DNA from: Candidatus Velesiimonas alkalicola
GTDB lineage: Bacteria > Omnitrophota > Gorgyraeia > Velesiimonadales > Velesiimonadaceae
Assembly (NCBI GenBank): GCA_013626165.1
Contig: NDHX01000009.1
Coordinates: forward strand, 2,007-66,006
Direction: 5' to 3'
DNA length: 64,000 nucleotides
Shown here: in pieces, positions 1-9,322 of the stretch
How positions within the stretch are numbered: the first letter of the stretch is position 1
Layout: each line of letters opens with the position of its first letter
Translations under genes and position numbers: made by a program
The notes under the pieces: model-generated
Databases searched by the model: none
Seen by the model: only the letters and a program-made list of their open reading frames with translations
Told to the model about the DNA's origin: nothing

Positions 1-273
1 TAATCACCAAGATTCCTCGCGGAGTTTATCCTGAGCCCTCCCCTGAGATTCTTCGTCCCGAAAAGTCGGGACTCAGAATGACAGAAGGCGAAGGACTCGG
101 AATGACACTTCGTGTCACCTTGCGGCTCTTCTTCCTGTAATAAGAACGCTTTTTTAGCACTCGCCCCCACAATCTTCAGCTCAACCAGCTGGCCTTCTTT
201 AAGCTCTACTTCTCGCTGAATATTGCCGGGAAGTTTTATTTTCCCATCTTTATCCACCCTGGAAAATGCCCGC
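1..273 (-). CDS. AbrB/MazE-type (swapped-hairpin) DNA-binding domain protein; 5' part of gene, continues beyond window start
   Basis: ATG at 273 preceded by AAGGAGG; manual translation MTLMRAFSRVDKDGKIKLPGNIQREVELKEGQLVELKIVGA... resembles the SpoVT/AbrB N-terminal domain; no stop before position 1. Confidence 0.4.
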
Positions 274-305
274 ATAAGAGTCATTTGATCATCCTCCTTC
301 AATGA

Positions 306-1319
306 TTAACTAGATTTTTCAACCAACTCTTTTACAATCTCTTTAACCCTGGACTGATTTGTCTTTGAGCCAACCCTGCTCGTCTCAGAAGCCAATATAT
401 CCTGGCACATCTGCATAAATGCACCATTAGATTTGGCAGGGGTAATATTTTGAACCTTAAGGGTCTTTGCAATCATAATGCAACCCCGAATGGTTGGGGC
501 AAACTCACACTTTCCAGATTCCCTCAAACCCCGGACAATATTTACTATCATCTCAGCATGTCTTTTAGAGAGTTTGGATTTTGCCCGCGTGATAGCCATT
601 TCCGTATCATAGTCAAAGTGGTCTAAATCCATTGTTATCATCCTATCTCTTAAAGCGTCCTGGCTTCTGTGGACACCGGCATATTCCTCAGGGTTAGAGG
701 TGAAGATAGCGGTGAAATTTGGATCAACTCTCAGATATGGTTCCTCGCCGCCTCTTCCCACTGGCAAATCCATCATCTTCTCCTGTAAGATAGAAAGAAG
801 GATGTTATTTGCCTCTGGACGTGAGCGAGTAAATTCATCATAGATAAGAGTAAATCCATACTTACAGGCAATGGTCAGGCGATTATCAACCCAGCGTTTC
901 ACCATGTCCTCTTCTGTCTTCAAAACTCTGGAGACAAAACGGTCTATAACTTTTCTAATCCTGTAGCCGTATTCACCACCGACAAGGTCAGAGGTTGTAA
1001 ACTCTTCATCGCCATGAATCATTACCACCGGTCTTTTAATCTTACTGGCTATGTGCATAGCCAACGTCGTCTTGCCAGTCCCGGAAACCCCTCTGAAATG
1101 GACTGGGAAATCAGCCTTGATATAGGAAAGGGCTCTGTTTGTAATATCCTTTATATAAGGAGTCTCCACAAAGTCTGGCAGAGGACTTGGCTCCAATACT
1201 GTAGTCATCTCATCAATCACCTTCTTTTCTTTCTTCTCAAAGTTTTCTCTTGCAGAATTGAATCTATCCATCGGTAACCATTCCTTTGCCATTGCAGACT
1301 GTGCAGGTAACTCGGGCAT
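306..1319 (-). CDS. gvpN: gas vesicle protein GvpN (AAA+ ATPase, CbbQ/NirQ/GvpN family); true start probably the internal Met (MAKEW / MDRF)
   Basis: Walker A GVSGTGKTTLA and overall GvpN/CbbQ-like sequence; sits in a gvpA locus. Confidence 0.85.
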   Translation of the reverse strand: MPELPAQSAMAKEWLPMDRFNSARENFEKKEKKVIDEMTTVLEPSPLPDFVETPYIKDITNRALSYIKADFPVHFRGVSGTGKTTLAMHIASKIKRPVVMIHGDEEFTTSDLVGGEYGYRIRKVIDRFVSRVLKTEEDMVKRWVDNRLTIACKYGFTLIYDEFTRSRPEANNILLSILQEKMMDLPVGRGGEEPYLRVDPNFTAIFTSNPEEYAGVHRSQDALRDRMITMDLDHFDYDTEMAITRAKSKLSKRHAEMIVNIVRGLRESGKCEFAPTIRGCIMIAKTLKVQNITPAKSNGAFMQMCQDILASETSRVGSKTNQSRVKEIVKELVEKSS

Positions 1320-1491
1320 TATGAGGATAAATGCCGGTGCCCTGGCAAAAAGCGCACTTGATCGCCGGCTCTATTACCTCAACCTTACCTGTGCCTCTGC
1401 AGACCTGACAGGTGGCAAGTTCAGAGAGTAAATCAAAGGGGTCTTTGCCTGTGCCTTTACAAAAGACACATTTTATCGCAATCTTGCTCAT
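1264..1491 (-). CDS. free-standing DnaJ-type cysteine-rich zinc-finger mini-protein (4x CxxCxGxG)
   Basis: 75 aa with CVFCKGTG, CQVCRGTG, CAFCQGTG and CTVCNGKG, the DnaJ CR-domain motif four times; overlaps gvpN start. Confidence 0.7.
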   Translation of the reverse strand: MSKIAIKCVFCKGTGKDPFDLLSELATCQVCRGTGKVEVIEPAIKCAFCQGTGIYPHNARVTCTVCNGKGMVTDG

Positions 1492-1503
1492 ATTCTTACC
1501 CCT

Positions 1504-2091
1504 CTACTTTTTCTTTTTTTTCTTTTTTTTCTCCTTAACTGCCTCTTCAACTGTAGTTACTTCTGCACCATATTCAACAACCGGCTTACCTCTTCTCTTT
1601 GCCATGGTAGCAGTTAGAGCTTGCCAATTAGAAGCCATCTTTTCTTTTTCGGCGACCATCTTTTCTCGTTCATCTGCAAAACCACCTAATAATTTCTTGG
1701 TTTCACTGACAACACCTGCTACATACTTAACTAACTCTTTCTTGAGTTCCTCGCTCATATCAGCATGGGCATCAGAGAATTCTCTAAGTTTATCAGCAAC
1801 ATAGGTTTCAATCTCTTTTACTTCCTTAGCAAGTTTATCCTTAAGTTCTTTTGACATCTTGCTACGGTCCTTCTGAAAACCATTTAACATTGAACTTACA
1901 TCGTTAGTCAAATTCACAGCGAAATCTGCCAAGTTCTTTGCTTGCTCTTTGCTCATTTTTCCCCTATCAACTGCAAAGCTTTTAAGTGTCTTCTGGACAT
2001 CACTAACTAATTCTCCTATCGCCCTTACCCGGCCATCATAAGAGGCAACAATATCCTCACCTAATTTTTTGATATCATCTGCTATTCCCAT
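1504..2091 (-). CDS. GvpC-like gas-vesicle-associated repeat protein (four 33-residue repeats, poly-Lys tail)
   Basis: Repeats LKSFAVDRGKMSKEQAK.../LNGFQKDRSKMSKELKD.../LREFSDAHADMSEELKK.../LGGFADEREKMVAEKEK... at exact 33-aa period, as in GvpC; next to gvpA; ends KKKKKKKK encoded by A8 runs. Confidence 0.5.
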   Translation of the reverse strand: MGIADDIKKLGEDIVASYDGRVRAIGELVSDVQKTLKSFAVDRGKMSKEQAKNLADFAVNLTNDVSSMLNGFQKDRSKMSKELKDKLAKEVKEIETYVADKLREFSDAHADMSEELKKELVKYVAGVVSETKKLLGGFADEREKMVAEKEKMASNWQALTATMAKRRGKPVVEYGAEVTTVEEAVKEKKKKKKKK

Positions 2092-2202
2092 TTTGCATTC
2101 CTCCTTTCAAATTTTAATCAAACACATTAAATAAAAATTTTTATTTTCGCTCAACTAAGTCCTTAAATCAAACCTTGGCAACTTCTTCTTTCTCTCTGAC
2201 CT

Positions 2203-2877
2203 TCACCCCCCTTCCACTTTTTTTTCAGCCATAATAGCTGCCAATCTATTCCACTTAAGAAGCCCATCTTGGCGTTCTTTTCTAGATTCATCCGGGCTTG
2301 TTTTAACTTCTCTTGTTTTAACTTCTTTTGCCCGCTCAATCTGTTTTGACCGAATATCTTTTAGCATCGCTTTAAATTCCCTAATCCGTATGGCTTCTCC
2401 TTTATCTAAAAGGCTGCGCAGTGATTCGGCCATCTCTCTATATTCTGTTTGAAATTCCTTTAACATTACACTTACTTCACTCTCTCTGGCTTTTTGCCTG
2501 GCCTGAATATCCTCAAGCATCTTTTTAAAATCACTTATTCTTACCTTTTCTTCGCCCTCTGTCAGATTCCTCTTAATAACTTGCGCTATCTCTTTCTGTT
2601 CTTCAAAAAAAGTCTTTAATAAATTTCTTACCTGTCTTTCTTTTTCATCCTGATGGTAAAGGATATCTTTCATCATATTATCAAAATCTTTTTTTCTTAA
2701 AGACCCTCCTCTGGCAAGAGTTTCTTTGAGATGCTCACTCATTTCATTTTTTTTGTTCTTAAAATCCTCTAGGAGCTGGTGGGTACTATCTATGATCATG
2801 GCCACTGTAGAGATTCTAGATTGATAAGAAGAAACGATTTCCTGAGCAACTCTTTTCAACTCTTCGGCAATTTCCAT
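2203..2877 (-). CDS. paralogue of the preceding GvpC-like protein (shared N-terminus, ~26-aa alternating repeats)
   Basis: N-terminus MEIAEELKRVAQEIVSSY aligns with MGIADDIKKLGEDIVASY of ORF 1504..2091; repeated xDFxxMLxDI / xEFxxxxxEMAESL units. Confidence 0.45.
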   Translation of the reverse strand: MEIAEELKRVAQEIVSSYQSRISTVAMIIDSTHQLLEDFKNKKNEMSEHLKETLARGGSLRKKDFDNMMKDILYHQDEKERQVRNLLKTFFEEQKEIAQVIKRNLTEGEEKVRISDFKKMLEDIQARQKARESEVSVMLKEFQTEYREMAESLRSLLDKGEAIRIREFKAMLKDIRSKQIERAKEVKTREVKTSPDESRKERQDGLLKWNRLAAIMAEKKVEGG

Positions 2878-2993
2878 AATCTTACTCCCCCATAACCTTT
2901 TAATTTTTCTAAAGCAAGGAAAGGAATTACTTGGCGAACCATGCTTTTCAAGGATGACTCGGCAAGAACCCCTTTTTCGGCCTTATCCTTATC

Positions 2994-3209
2994 TTAGGCG
3001 GCTGTTGCAGTCAATCCAATCGCTTCAGCATACTTCAGGTAAGTCTCAACTGATGCGACAACTACTCTTGCCTCAATCGCAAGTAATTCAATACCCACTA
3101 AAGAGACTCTTACCCAAGCGTCAACAACCACGCCCTTGTCCAGGATTCGGTCAACAACCTCTACCAAACTACTGGAACCAATCGCTTTTTCTACTGCCAT
3201 GATTTTCAC
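2994..3209 (-). CDS. gvpA: gas vesicle structural protein GvpA
   Basis: [63 protein letters not shown] is near-canonical GvpA. Confidence 0.95.
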   Translation of the reverse strand: MKIMAVEKAIGSSSLVEVVDRILDKGVVVDAWVRVSLVGIELLAIEARVVVASVETYLKYAEAIGLTATAA

Positions 3210-3721
3210 CCCCTTTCGTTTTTAGATTCCGCTTTTACACGGGTGAGGAGCGGTAAACCTCAAAAATCCATTCCTTTGCCGCCAGCTATTTACTATTGGG
3301 CGGAATCCCGCTATTCGCGGGAAAAAAGCTTATTCAAAAACTTCTCTGCTTTTTCTTTTGCTCCCAATCCGAAGGAAAGAGCGAGGATCAACACTAATCC
3401 GGCTAAGATGATATCCTTAGGAGCCATTTGCGTTGTAGCTATTTTTTCATCTTTTGGACAAAATTTTCAACTTCTCAATTTTGCCAATCTATTTGATACC
3501 CTATCTCGTCTGTGGAAATCTATCTTTTAGTCGCTTTTTGATAATTTTTCTGACACACCCCTCCTGTCCCCACTTCTTTAGTCGGTTCTTGCCCGCTGGC
3601 ATGGACGCTCACCTACTGGATTAAACATAACGGCTGTCTCTCTAAAATCCTCAATGAGCCGCCTCAAACTATCGGCGAATGCAAACAGGCTATTGTTTCA
3701 CTTCCTTCAAAACAACAAAAA

Positions 3722-3990
3722 TAAATCAAAATATAAAAAAATAAACCCAGAGCTGTTTGTTGCTTCCCTATAATGCAACAACTCTGGGTTTTATATTCTA
3801 ACACCTTATTGTTTCCAAAAATGTCAGTAAGGTCGGTTGTATTTGTTTGTTTGTTTGTTTGTTTGTTTGTTTGTTGTACGCGACATTTTAGCCTCCGTCC
3901 TGCTTGCGTGCAACGCACAGGCAGATAAGTCCTGTGAATATTAGTATATTATATATAAATTGAATTTTGTCAAGTGTTTTTTTTGAAAAA
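3722..3990. repeat. interspersed ~250 bp repeat (copy 1): hairpin, (GTTT)6-7 microsatellite 3842-3875, solo copy of an IS-like terminal inverted repeat 3892-3936
   Basis: Shares hairpin, aaaatgt[c/t]agtaaggtcggttgtat, GTTT-type microsatellite and tatattgaatttt[g/a][t/c]caagt with 13618-13860; the ctgcttgcgtgcaacgcacaggcagata block matches the IR at 13459-13490. Confidence 0.6.
3745..3792. terminator. bidirectional intrinsic-terminator-like hairpin (cccagagctgtttgttgc...gcaacaactctggg) with T/A runs on both sides
   Basis: Imperfect inverted repeat followed by TTTTATATT on plus and AAAATAAA upstream (T-run on minus); downstream of the minus-strand GT2 operon. Confidence 0.5.
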
Positions 3991-3993
3991 AAA

Positions 3994-4674
3994 TTAAATC
4001 TTTTTCAGTCCCCTGTACTGTCTTATAAGGTTGATAGGATCTATATATGAAAATATTTCTATAAACATCCGAGCTTCTTTTTCTAATCCTTTTACCAGAC
4101 CAAACTTATGAATTTTAAGTGTATTCTTACCTGAACAGTATGTCCATAAAACTTTTTTATTATACTTCTGCATAAACCTGTTTATTGCAAATTCAATCTG
4201 ATACCCCCGCACGGGATATTTAAAAACATTTTTCAAATCAGCCCTTTTGATGATTCTTAAACCCGAGATTAAAATATCAAACCCCGTGATTTTGAAAAAG
4301 AAAGGAGAATGTGATTTCCTTAATATTAACATATCTATATTGCTATTTTGAAATGTGTTTATGGCATTTTCAATGTCTTCGACATTCACGCCTTCTATAT
4401 CCGCATCTAAAAGAAGTATATGCTCCGCACTTGCCCGGTTTAATCCCTCCCTTATTGCACCTGCCTTACCTATATTATTTTTATTTTTAACTAATGTTAT
4501 TAAAGGAAATCTGTTTTTTATTTCCTGATATGTAAAATTTACGGAGCCATCATCTACACAGATTATCTGCAACAGGCTTTTGACCTTTTGCAGCTTTTCC
4601 AATATGTCCAAAAGCGTCCTGCCTTCGTTATAGAAAGGTATTATGCAAGAAGTTTCTTTAAAATATTTTCCCAT
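3994..4674 (-). CDS. family-2 glycosyltransferase (GT-A fold, DxD)
   Basis: CIIPFYNE...ICVDDGS...LLLDADIEG motifs typical of GT2 (DPM1/GpgS-like). Confidence 0.7.
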   Translation of the reverse strand: MGKYFKETSCIIPFYNEGRTLLDILEKLQKVKSLLQIICVDDGSVNFTYQEIKNRFPLITLVKNKNNIGKAGAIREGLNRASAEHILLLDADIEGVNVEDIENAINTFQNSNIDMLILRKSHSPFFFKITGFDILISGLRIIKRADLKNVFKYPVRGYQIEFAINRFMQKYNKKVLWTYCSGKNTLKIHKFGLVKGLEKEARMFIEIFSYIDPINLIRQYRGLKKI

Positions 4675-6992
4675 TTGCTTTCCCTTGCCCTTGATAAGGC
4701 ATTTGCGGCAAGCCGGCTTCTTAGGTGTTCATCTTTATAGATTTTACGCATAGCCTGTGCAATCTCTTCTGAGTTTTTGGCATCAACTATAAGTCCGGAA
4801 TTATGGCTTGTTACGATATCTACAGGTCCACCCTTGTTAGAGACAATTGCAGGAAGACCGCTTGAGTGCGCCTCTAAAACTGCATTACCGAATGTATCTG
4901 TCATACTGGGGAAAACAAACACATCCGAGCTTGCATACGCCGCAGAAAGTTCCTCTCCTTTTAAATAGCCCGTAAATATAATATCGGGAAGGTTAAATCT
5001 TGCTTTTAATGTGCCAAGAAGAGGCCCGTCTCCCACTATGATAAGATGAATATCGTGCAGGTCTTTTTCAATATCCGTAAACGCATGCAAAAGATTTTCA
5101 ATATTTTTCTCAGTAGATACCCTTCCTACATAAATAAATTTAAAACCGCCGTTTATTCCATACCTTCCCCAGAATTTAGCATCTCTTTTTTGTGGCGTGA
5201 ACCTGCTGGTGTCCACCCCCCTTTCAAGTATATCCAATTTTGCCTTTTCAAACCCTTTTTCGACAAGAAGGTCAAAATAAAATCTACTCGGCACAAATAT
5301 TTTTTTCATATATCCGTAAAACCACAGCATATACTTCCATGCTAATCCTTCCATATGGTCATCATCGGTAAGATGGTGGACATATTGAGGAAAATCAGTG
5401 TGGTATATCCCTTTCAAATCTATGTTCAGTAGATGCCCTGCAAGCAGACCTACAAGTCCCACGGGTCCCGGGGTAGAGACAATGATTTCGTCAAATCCCT
5501 GCTTTTCCACAAATTCAAGCATCGTCAAAAACGGCGGAAAAACTATTTTTTGCGATTCATATTCCGGAAGATTGAACACGCCGACAGGTTCAAAATTATA
5601 TAGAGGGAAATCCGCCTCAGGCTTTTCGGAAAGTGATGTGCATACGGTTATCTGCCCATCCTTTCCCGCAAGATTGGCAAGCGTGGAAATAGTGCGCGAA
5701 ACACCGTTAACATCGTCTAATGTATCGGTGAACCATACCTTCTTGCCTTTATTGGCCTTTTTTCCGTCGGGGAGGTTGAAATGATTTTCAAAAGATTTTA
5801 ATAATTTATTATCCTTGTGTTGCGCAAAAAATGCGGTTATATATGGCGCAAACCCAAGAGCAACGGGACCTATGGATGAAAGAGATTGAATGCTTTCGAC
5901 AAGCCTTCCCTTTTCAATGTTTTCGATAAAATGCCGCGTAAAGGCAAAACCTAAATTATGTCCTATTGACGATGCAATATGAAAATGATATTGATCCTTG
6001 TCCTCCGTCGGAGCAAAACCTGTTTTTTTGGGTGATGCAAACCCGTCAACCAGTATTTTTTCTATATCCGTAAGGTTCCTTTTTTTCCTTGATGTAAAAA
6101 ATCTTACCACCGGTTGAGGAATATAGAATTTAGATGTCTGCTTTTCGTCATGCCCGGCAAACCTGCCAAGCATTTTTTTAATCGGGTCTATCTTGTGCCC
6201 GTTGCCCGAAAATTTACTACAATAATAGCCGTAGGCAATACGGTAAAGGCTATGGGCGAGTGTTAAACTTGAACCTGATATTCCCTCTTCTTTGTGTCTT
6301 CCTTCTCTTAAATCTTGAAGAAAATCAAAAACATTGGATGACCTGTCAGTGGAGGTGCAGGATTGTGCAATATAAACCCCGCTGTGGTCATCGCTTCCGC
6401 CTGTAAAAAATTTTTCCCATGCCTTATCCGCGACGCACAGATTATATCTGCCTGCCATTTCTTCAATTATTGCCGGGGTTAGATTTTCAAGAATTAACCT
6501 TGTTGTCTGATTTAAATATTGATTGCGGGCGCCGTTTAAAACTTCAAACCTTTTAAATAAAAGTATCAACTTTTCAACATTTTGCAGGGTAAGCTTATCA
6601 TTTACGGAAAGAAGCGGGTGGGCAACGGAATGGATTATATTGTTTTCAAGCATATATTTCCGGAGTTCATAAATATTCCCGCGGATTTTTTGTATCTGCT
6701 CAAACTGCCTTTCTGTAATCCCCATCACAAGACAGTGTATCTTACAGTTATCTTCCGGGAAGTATGTGGTAATCTCAGAAGAGATAAACACACCCGGAAG
6801 GTGTGCTATTTCAAGTGCCCCCGATATACTGTTGTGGTCGGTTATTGTTATATAATCCATCCCCTTTTGCTTACAGGTTTCATATATTGCGGAGGGTTCC
6901 ACGAAGCTTTCAGACGCACCTATGCGGCGTAAAAACCATTCACTGGGTCTGTTTGAATATTTACTGTGTATATGCAGGTCCGACCTTGACAT
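4641..6992 (-). CDS. fusion protein: N-terminal PHP-domain phosphoesterase plus C-terminal GT4 glycosyltransferase
   Basis: N-terminus LHIHSKYS...ITITDHNS is a PHP motif; C-terminus has a GT4 signature (GRVSTEKN...IVGDGP...FVFPS..DTFGNAVLEAHSSGLPAIVS). Confidence 0.7.
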   Translation of the reverse strand: MSRSDLHIHSKYSNRPSEWFLRRIGASESFVEPSAIYETCKQKGMDYITITDHNSISGALEIAHLPGVFISSEITTYFPEDNCKIHCLVMGITERQFEQIQKIRGNIYELRKYMLENNIIHSVAHPLLSVNDKLTLQNVEKLILLFKRFEVLNGARNQYLNQTTRLILENLTPAIIEEMAGRYNLCVADKAWEKFFTGGSDDHSGVYIAQSCTSTDRSSNVFDFLQDLREGRHKEEGISGSSLTLAHSLYRIAYGYYCSKFSGNGHKIDPIKKMLGRFAGHDEKQTSKFYIPQPVVRFFTSRKKRNLTDIEKILVDGFASPKKTGFAPTEDKDQYHFHIASSIGHNLGFAFTRHFIENIEKGRLVESIQSLSSIGPVALGFAPYITAFFAQHKDNKLLKSFENHFNLPDGKKANKGKKVWFTDTLDDVNGVSRTISTLANLAGKDGQITVCTSLSEKPEADFPLYNFEPVGVFNLPEYESQKIVFPPFLTMLEFVEKQGFDEIIVSTPGPVGLVGLLAGHLLNIDLKGIYHTDFPQYVHHLTDDDHMEGLAWKYMLWFYGYMKKIFVPSRFYFDLLVEKGFEKAKLDILERGVDTSRFTPQKRDAKFWGRYGINGGFKFIYVGRVSTEKNIENLLHAFTDIEKDLHDIHLIIVGDGPLLGTLKARFNLPDIIFTGYLKGEELSAAYASSDVFVFPSMTDTFGNAVLEAHSSGLPAIVSNKGGPVDIVTSHNSGLIVDAKNSEEIAQAMRKIYKDEHLRSRLAANALSRARESKWENILKKLLA

Positions 6993-7893
6993 TTTTAAGC
7001 ACTCCTATGGACTTTTTTATGTAATCCGAATACATCCCTCTTATCTCAAGCATCCATATACCCGTATAACGGCTTGAAAGAACATTTACCACATCTGCAA
7101 CAGGTATGCAGCCCCAACCCGGAGGCAGGTGTAAATCCCCCAATCCTAAAGGAACCATCTCCGAAAAATTATTCTCGTAATAACCGGAGGGCTTCCCGAA
7201 ATTATCGTGGATATGGATATAACCTATAGAGTCTTTAATCTTTTTTATTGAATCTAAAAACCCAAACCCATAAAAATTTGATGATACAAAAAGATGCCCT
7301 ATGTCAAGTGCTATGGATACATTTTTGCAGTTTATGTTCTTAACCTGATTATAGAGCACATCCAATTTTTCCGCATACCAGTCAAAACATTGAGGAACAA
7401 ATGCAGGCATATTCTCAATGCATATATCTATATCTTTATATTTTTTTGCAATTGTTTTTATAACCCCCGCCTCTTTTTCAAGAAGTTCATTTTTTAATTT
7501 TGCGGATAGGATTTTATAACGCTCTCCGGTTTGCTGCTCCGATATAAACTTACCGGGGTGATAAACAACGATATTAGAACCCAGAAGATATGCAAACTCC
7601 ATCGTTGAATATAAAACAGCCTTATGGGTTTCGGGCTGATTTTTATCCATTACATCCAACGATAAAGGGCAATGGACTGTGTACTCAAAATCAAAACTGT
7701 GCAGCAGATTTATCAGGCGACCGGCCTGGGTTTTATCAATCTGTCCGTTTCTTATGACATCCATACAGTTGACGGGAACTTCTATGTATTTCAAGCCAAT
7801 TTTTTTTAAAAGCCGCAAATCCTGCTTTAAGGCTCCGACATTACCGTTAATCCTTGCCTGACTTATCTTTGCTCCGATTTTCATATTTTTCAA
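6961..7893 (-). CDS. sugar phosphate isomerase/epimerase (xylose-isomerase-like TIM barrel)
   Basis: AP-endonuclease-2/XylA-like TIM barrel features (HCPL..D, ICIEN, IHIHD). Confidence 0.6.
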   Translation of the reverse strand: MKNMKIGAKISQARINGNVGALKQDLRLLKKIGLKYIEVPVNCMDVIRNGQIDKTQAGRLINLLHSFDFEYTVHCPLSLDVMDKNQPETHKAVLYSTMEFAYLLGSNIVVYHPGKFISEQQTGERYKILSAKLKNELLEKEAGVIKTIAKKYKDIDICIENMPAFVPQCFDWYAEKLDVLYNQVKNINCKNVSIALDIGHLFVSSNFYGFGFLDSIKKIKDSIGYIHIHDNFGKPSGYYENNFSEMVPLGLGDLHLPPGWGCIPVADVVNVLSSRYTGIWMLEIRGMYSDYIKKSIGVLKNVKVGPAYTQ

Positions 7894-8488
7894 TGAACGA
7901 GGTTATATCTAGGAAATCTTTAAACCTCTGTTTAATGTCTTCATATCGCCAGTCCCACCATTTTATTTTTAAAAGTTTTTCAATTACATCATCTGAAAAT
8001 CCTTTTCTTATGGGCTTTGCGGGAACGCCAACCGCAACCTCGTATGCTTTAACATCTTTTGTTGCAACAGGGCCCGCTCCTATCACGGTTCCGCTTTCTA
8101 TATTTACACCCGGCATAATTATCGCACCATGTCCTATCCACACATCATTCCCGATATTACATATTTTCAACCTTCTGGCTTGGAAAAAATCCGCGTCATC
8201 CTGCACATCAAAACCATACTGCCGTCTTCTATATGTAAAATGGTGTTGTGATACCCTGTACATAGGGTGGTTGCCCGGGTTTATTCTGGTATAAGATGCA
8301 ATTGAACAAAACTTTCCGATATTAGAGTAGATTATTGAAACCCCTTCCATCGCATAACTGAAATCTCCAAATATCGTTTCTTCTATGACACAATCTCTGC
8401 TTATTTCAGTCCATACACCCAGATTGCTATTTATAATTTTTGCGGATGAATTTATTGTAGGTTTTTCAGAAAGGATCTTTTGGCACAC
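7847..8488 (-). CDS. xenobiotic (Vat/CatB-type) hexapeptide-repeat acetyltransferase
   Basis: [16 protein letters not shown]...[17 protein letters not shown]...KIKWWDW matches the Vat/XAT family. Confidence 0.8.
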   Translation of the reverse strand: MCQKILSEKPTINSSAKIINSNLGVWTEISRDCVIEETIFGDFSYAMEGVSIIYSNIGKFCSIASYTRINPGNHPMYRVSQHHFTYRRRQYGFDVQDDADFFQARRLKICNIGNDVWIGHGAIIMPGVNIESGTVIGAGPVATKDVKAYEVAVGVPAKPIRKGFSDDVIEKLLKIKWWDWRYEDIKQRFKDFLDITSFIEKYENRSKDKSGKD

Positions 8489-8584
8489 TAAAAGTTATAA
8501 ATAAAAATTGTTACAATATCGTGGAGGTTTTGTGAAGTTTTTGTAAATTTTCCGCTGATTTACCATAAATAATAAAAGCACTTC

Positions 8585-9322
8585 TTAATCAATCAAATCT
8601 TTTTCCCATTTTTCTGCATAGGGCGAGGGGTTGTTTCGGATGATGGATGTAAAACCGTTGAGCGTTTTTCTTGCGTCTGCGATGGGATAGTAAAAGGCGT
8701 CCCAGTTTTCGCTATCTTCTCCGTCAGAATTGGGTATAATGTAATCAAAAAGATACCCGTATCTTAATTCTTCATAGGCGCTTTTTGCTCTTTTTTCAAT
8801 ATTTTCGAGGTCTGCAACGGAAAGGATGCCTTTCTGTTTCTGTGTTCTTCTTAGAAGTTTTCTTCGCATTATATCGGTTACAATTTCAGGAAGTGCAATT
8901 GTGTTGATACTTTTGAAAAACTCTATCTCCTGTTTTGACAGAGGCGAGATAAATATGCTTAATTTTTTGATGCTTTCCAAAGAAGGATGCCTGATAAACA
9001 TTGCTCCGATATATGCATTGCCTTCAAATACAACATCGCCTGTTTCAAAACTATTCCGCAGATGTGCAATGTCGACAGCCTGAAGGTCCCCACGCACATC
9101 CATAACAATAAAGTCCGGTTTTTGTTTAAGCCCTTCTATGAAAGAGCGGGTTCTGAAATGAAAGTTTATCCCGTCTTTTTCACCCGGTCTTGGAGAGCGG
9201 CTATTATAAAGAACAACCTTTTTTATTTCTTTTGAAATCTCGGGATAGAATTTTTCAAAAGCCCTGTGCAGGGGGCTCTTGCCGACGCAGGAAGGACCGC
9301 TTAGAATTATAAGCCTTGGCAT
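8585..9322 (-). CDS. guanylate-kinase-like P-loop protein (divergent C-terminal half)
   Basis: LSGPSCVGKS P-loop and SRSPRPGEKDGINFHF (cf. Gmk TTRPPRPGEVDGVDYHF); diverges after ~90 aa. Confidence 0.55.
   Translation of the reverse strand: MPRLIILSGPSCVGKSPLHRAFEKFYPEISKEIKKVVLYNSRSPRPGEKDGINFHFRTRSFIEGLKQKPDFIVMDVRGDLQAVDIAHLRNSFETGDVVFEGNAYIGAMFIRHPSLESIKKLSIFISPLSKQEIEFFKSINTIALPEIVTDIMRRKLLRRTQKQKGILSVADLENIEKRAKSAYEELRYGYLFDYIIPNSDGEDSENWDAFYYPIADARKTLNGFTSIIRNNPSPYAEKWEKDLID

Noticed and set aside
3313-3429. 38-codon minus-strand ORF MAPKDIILAGLVLILALSFGLGAKEKAEKFLNKLFSRE with a TM-like stretch upstream of gvpA
   Set aside because: No Shine-Dalgarno. It sits in AT-rich promoter DNA where hydrophobic codons arise by chance. 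It is too short to assess without conservation data.
3243-3918. ORF-track entries 3243..3530 (+) and 3664..3918 (-) in the gvpA upstream region
   Set aside because: They lie across the interspersed repeat, microsatellite and hairpin. They have no RBS or domain and low-complexity translations, so they are most likely non-coding.
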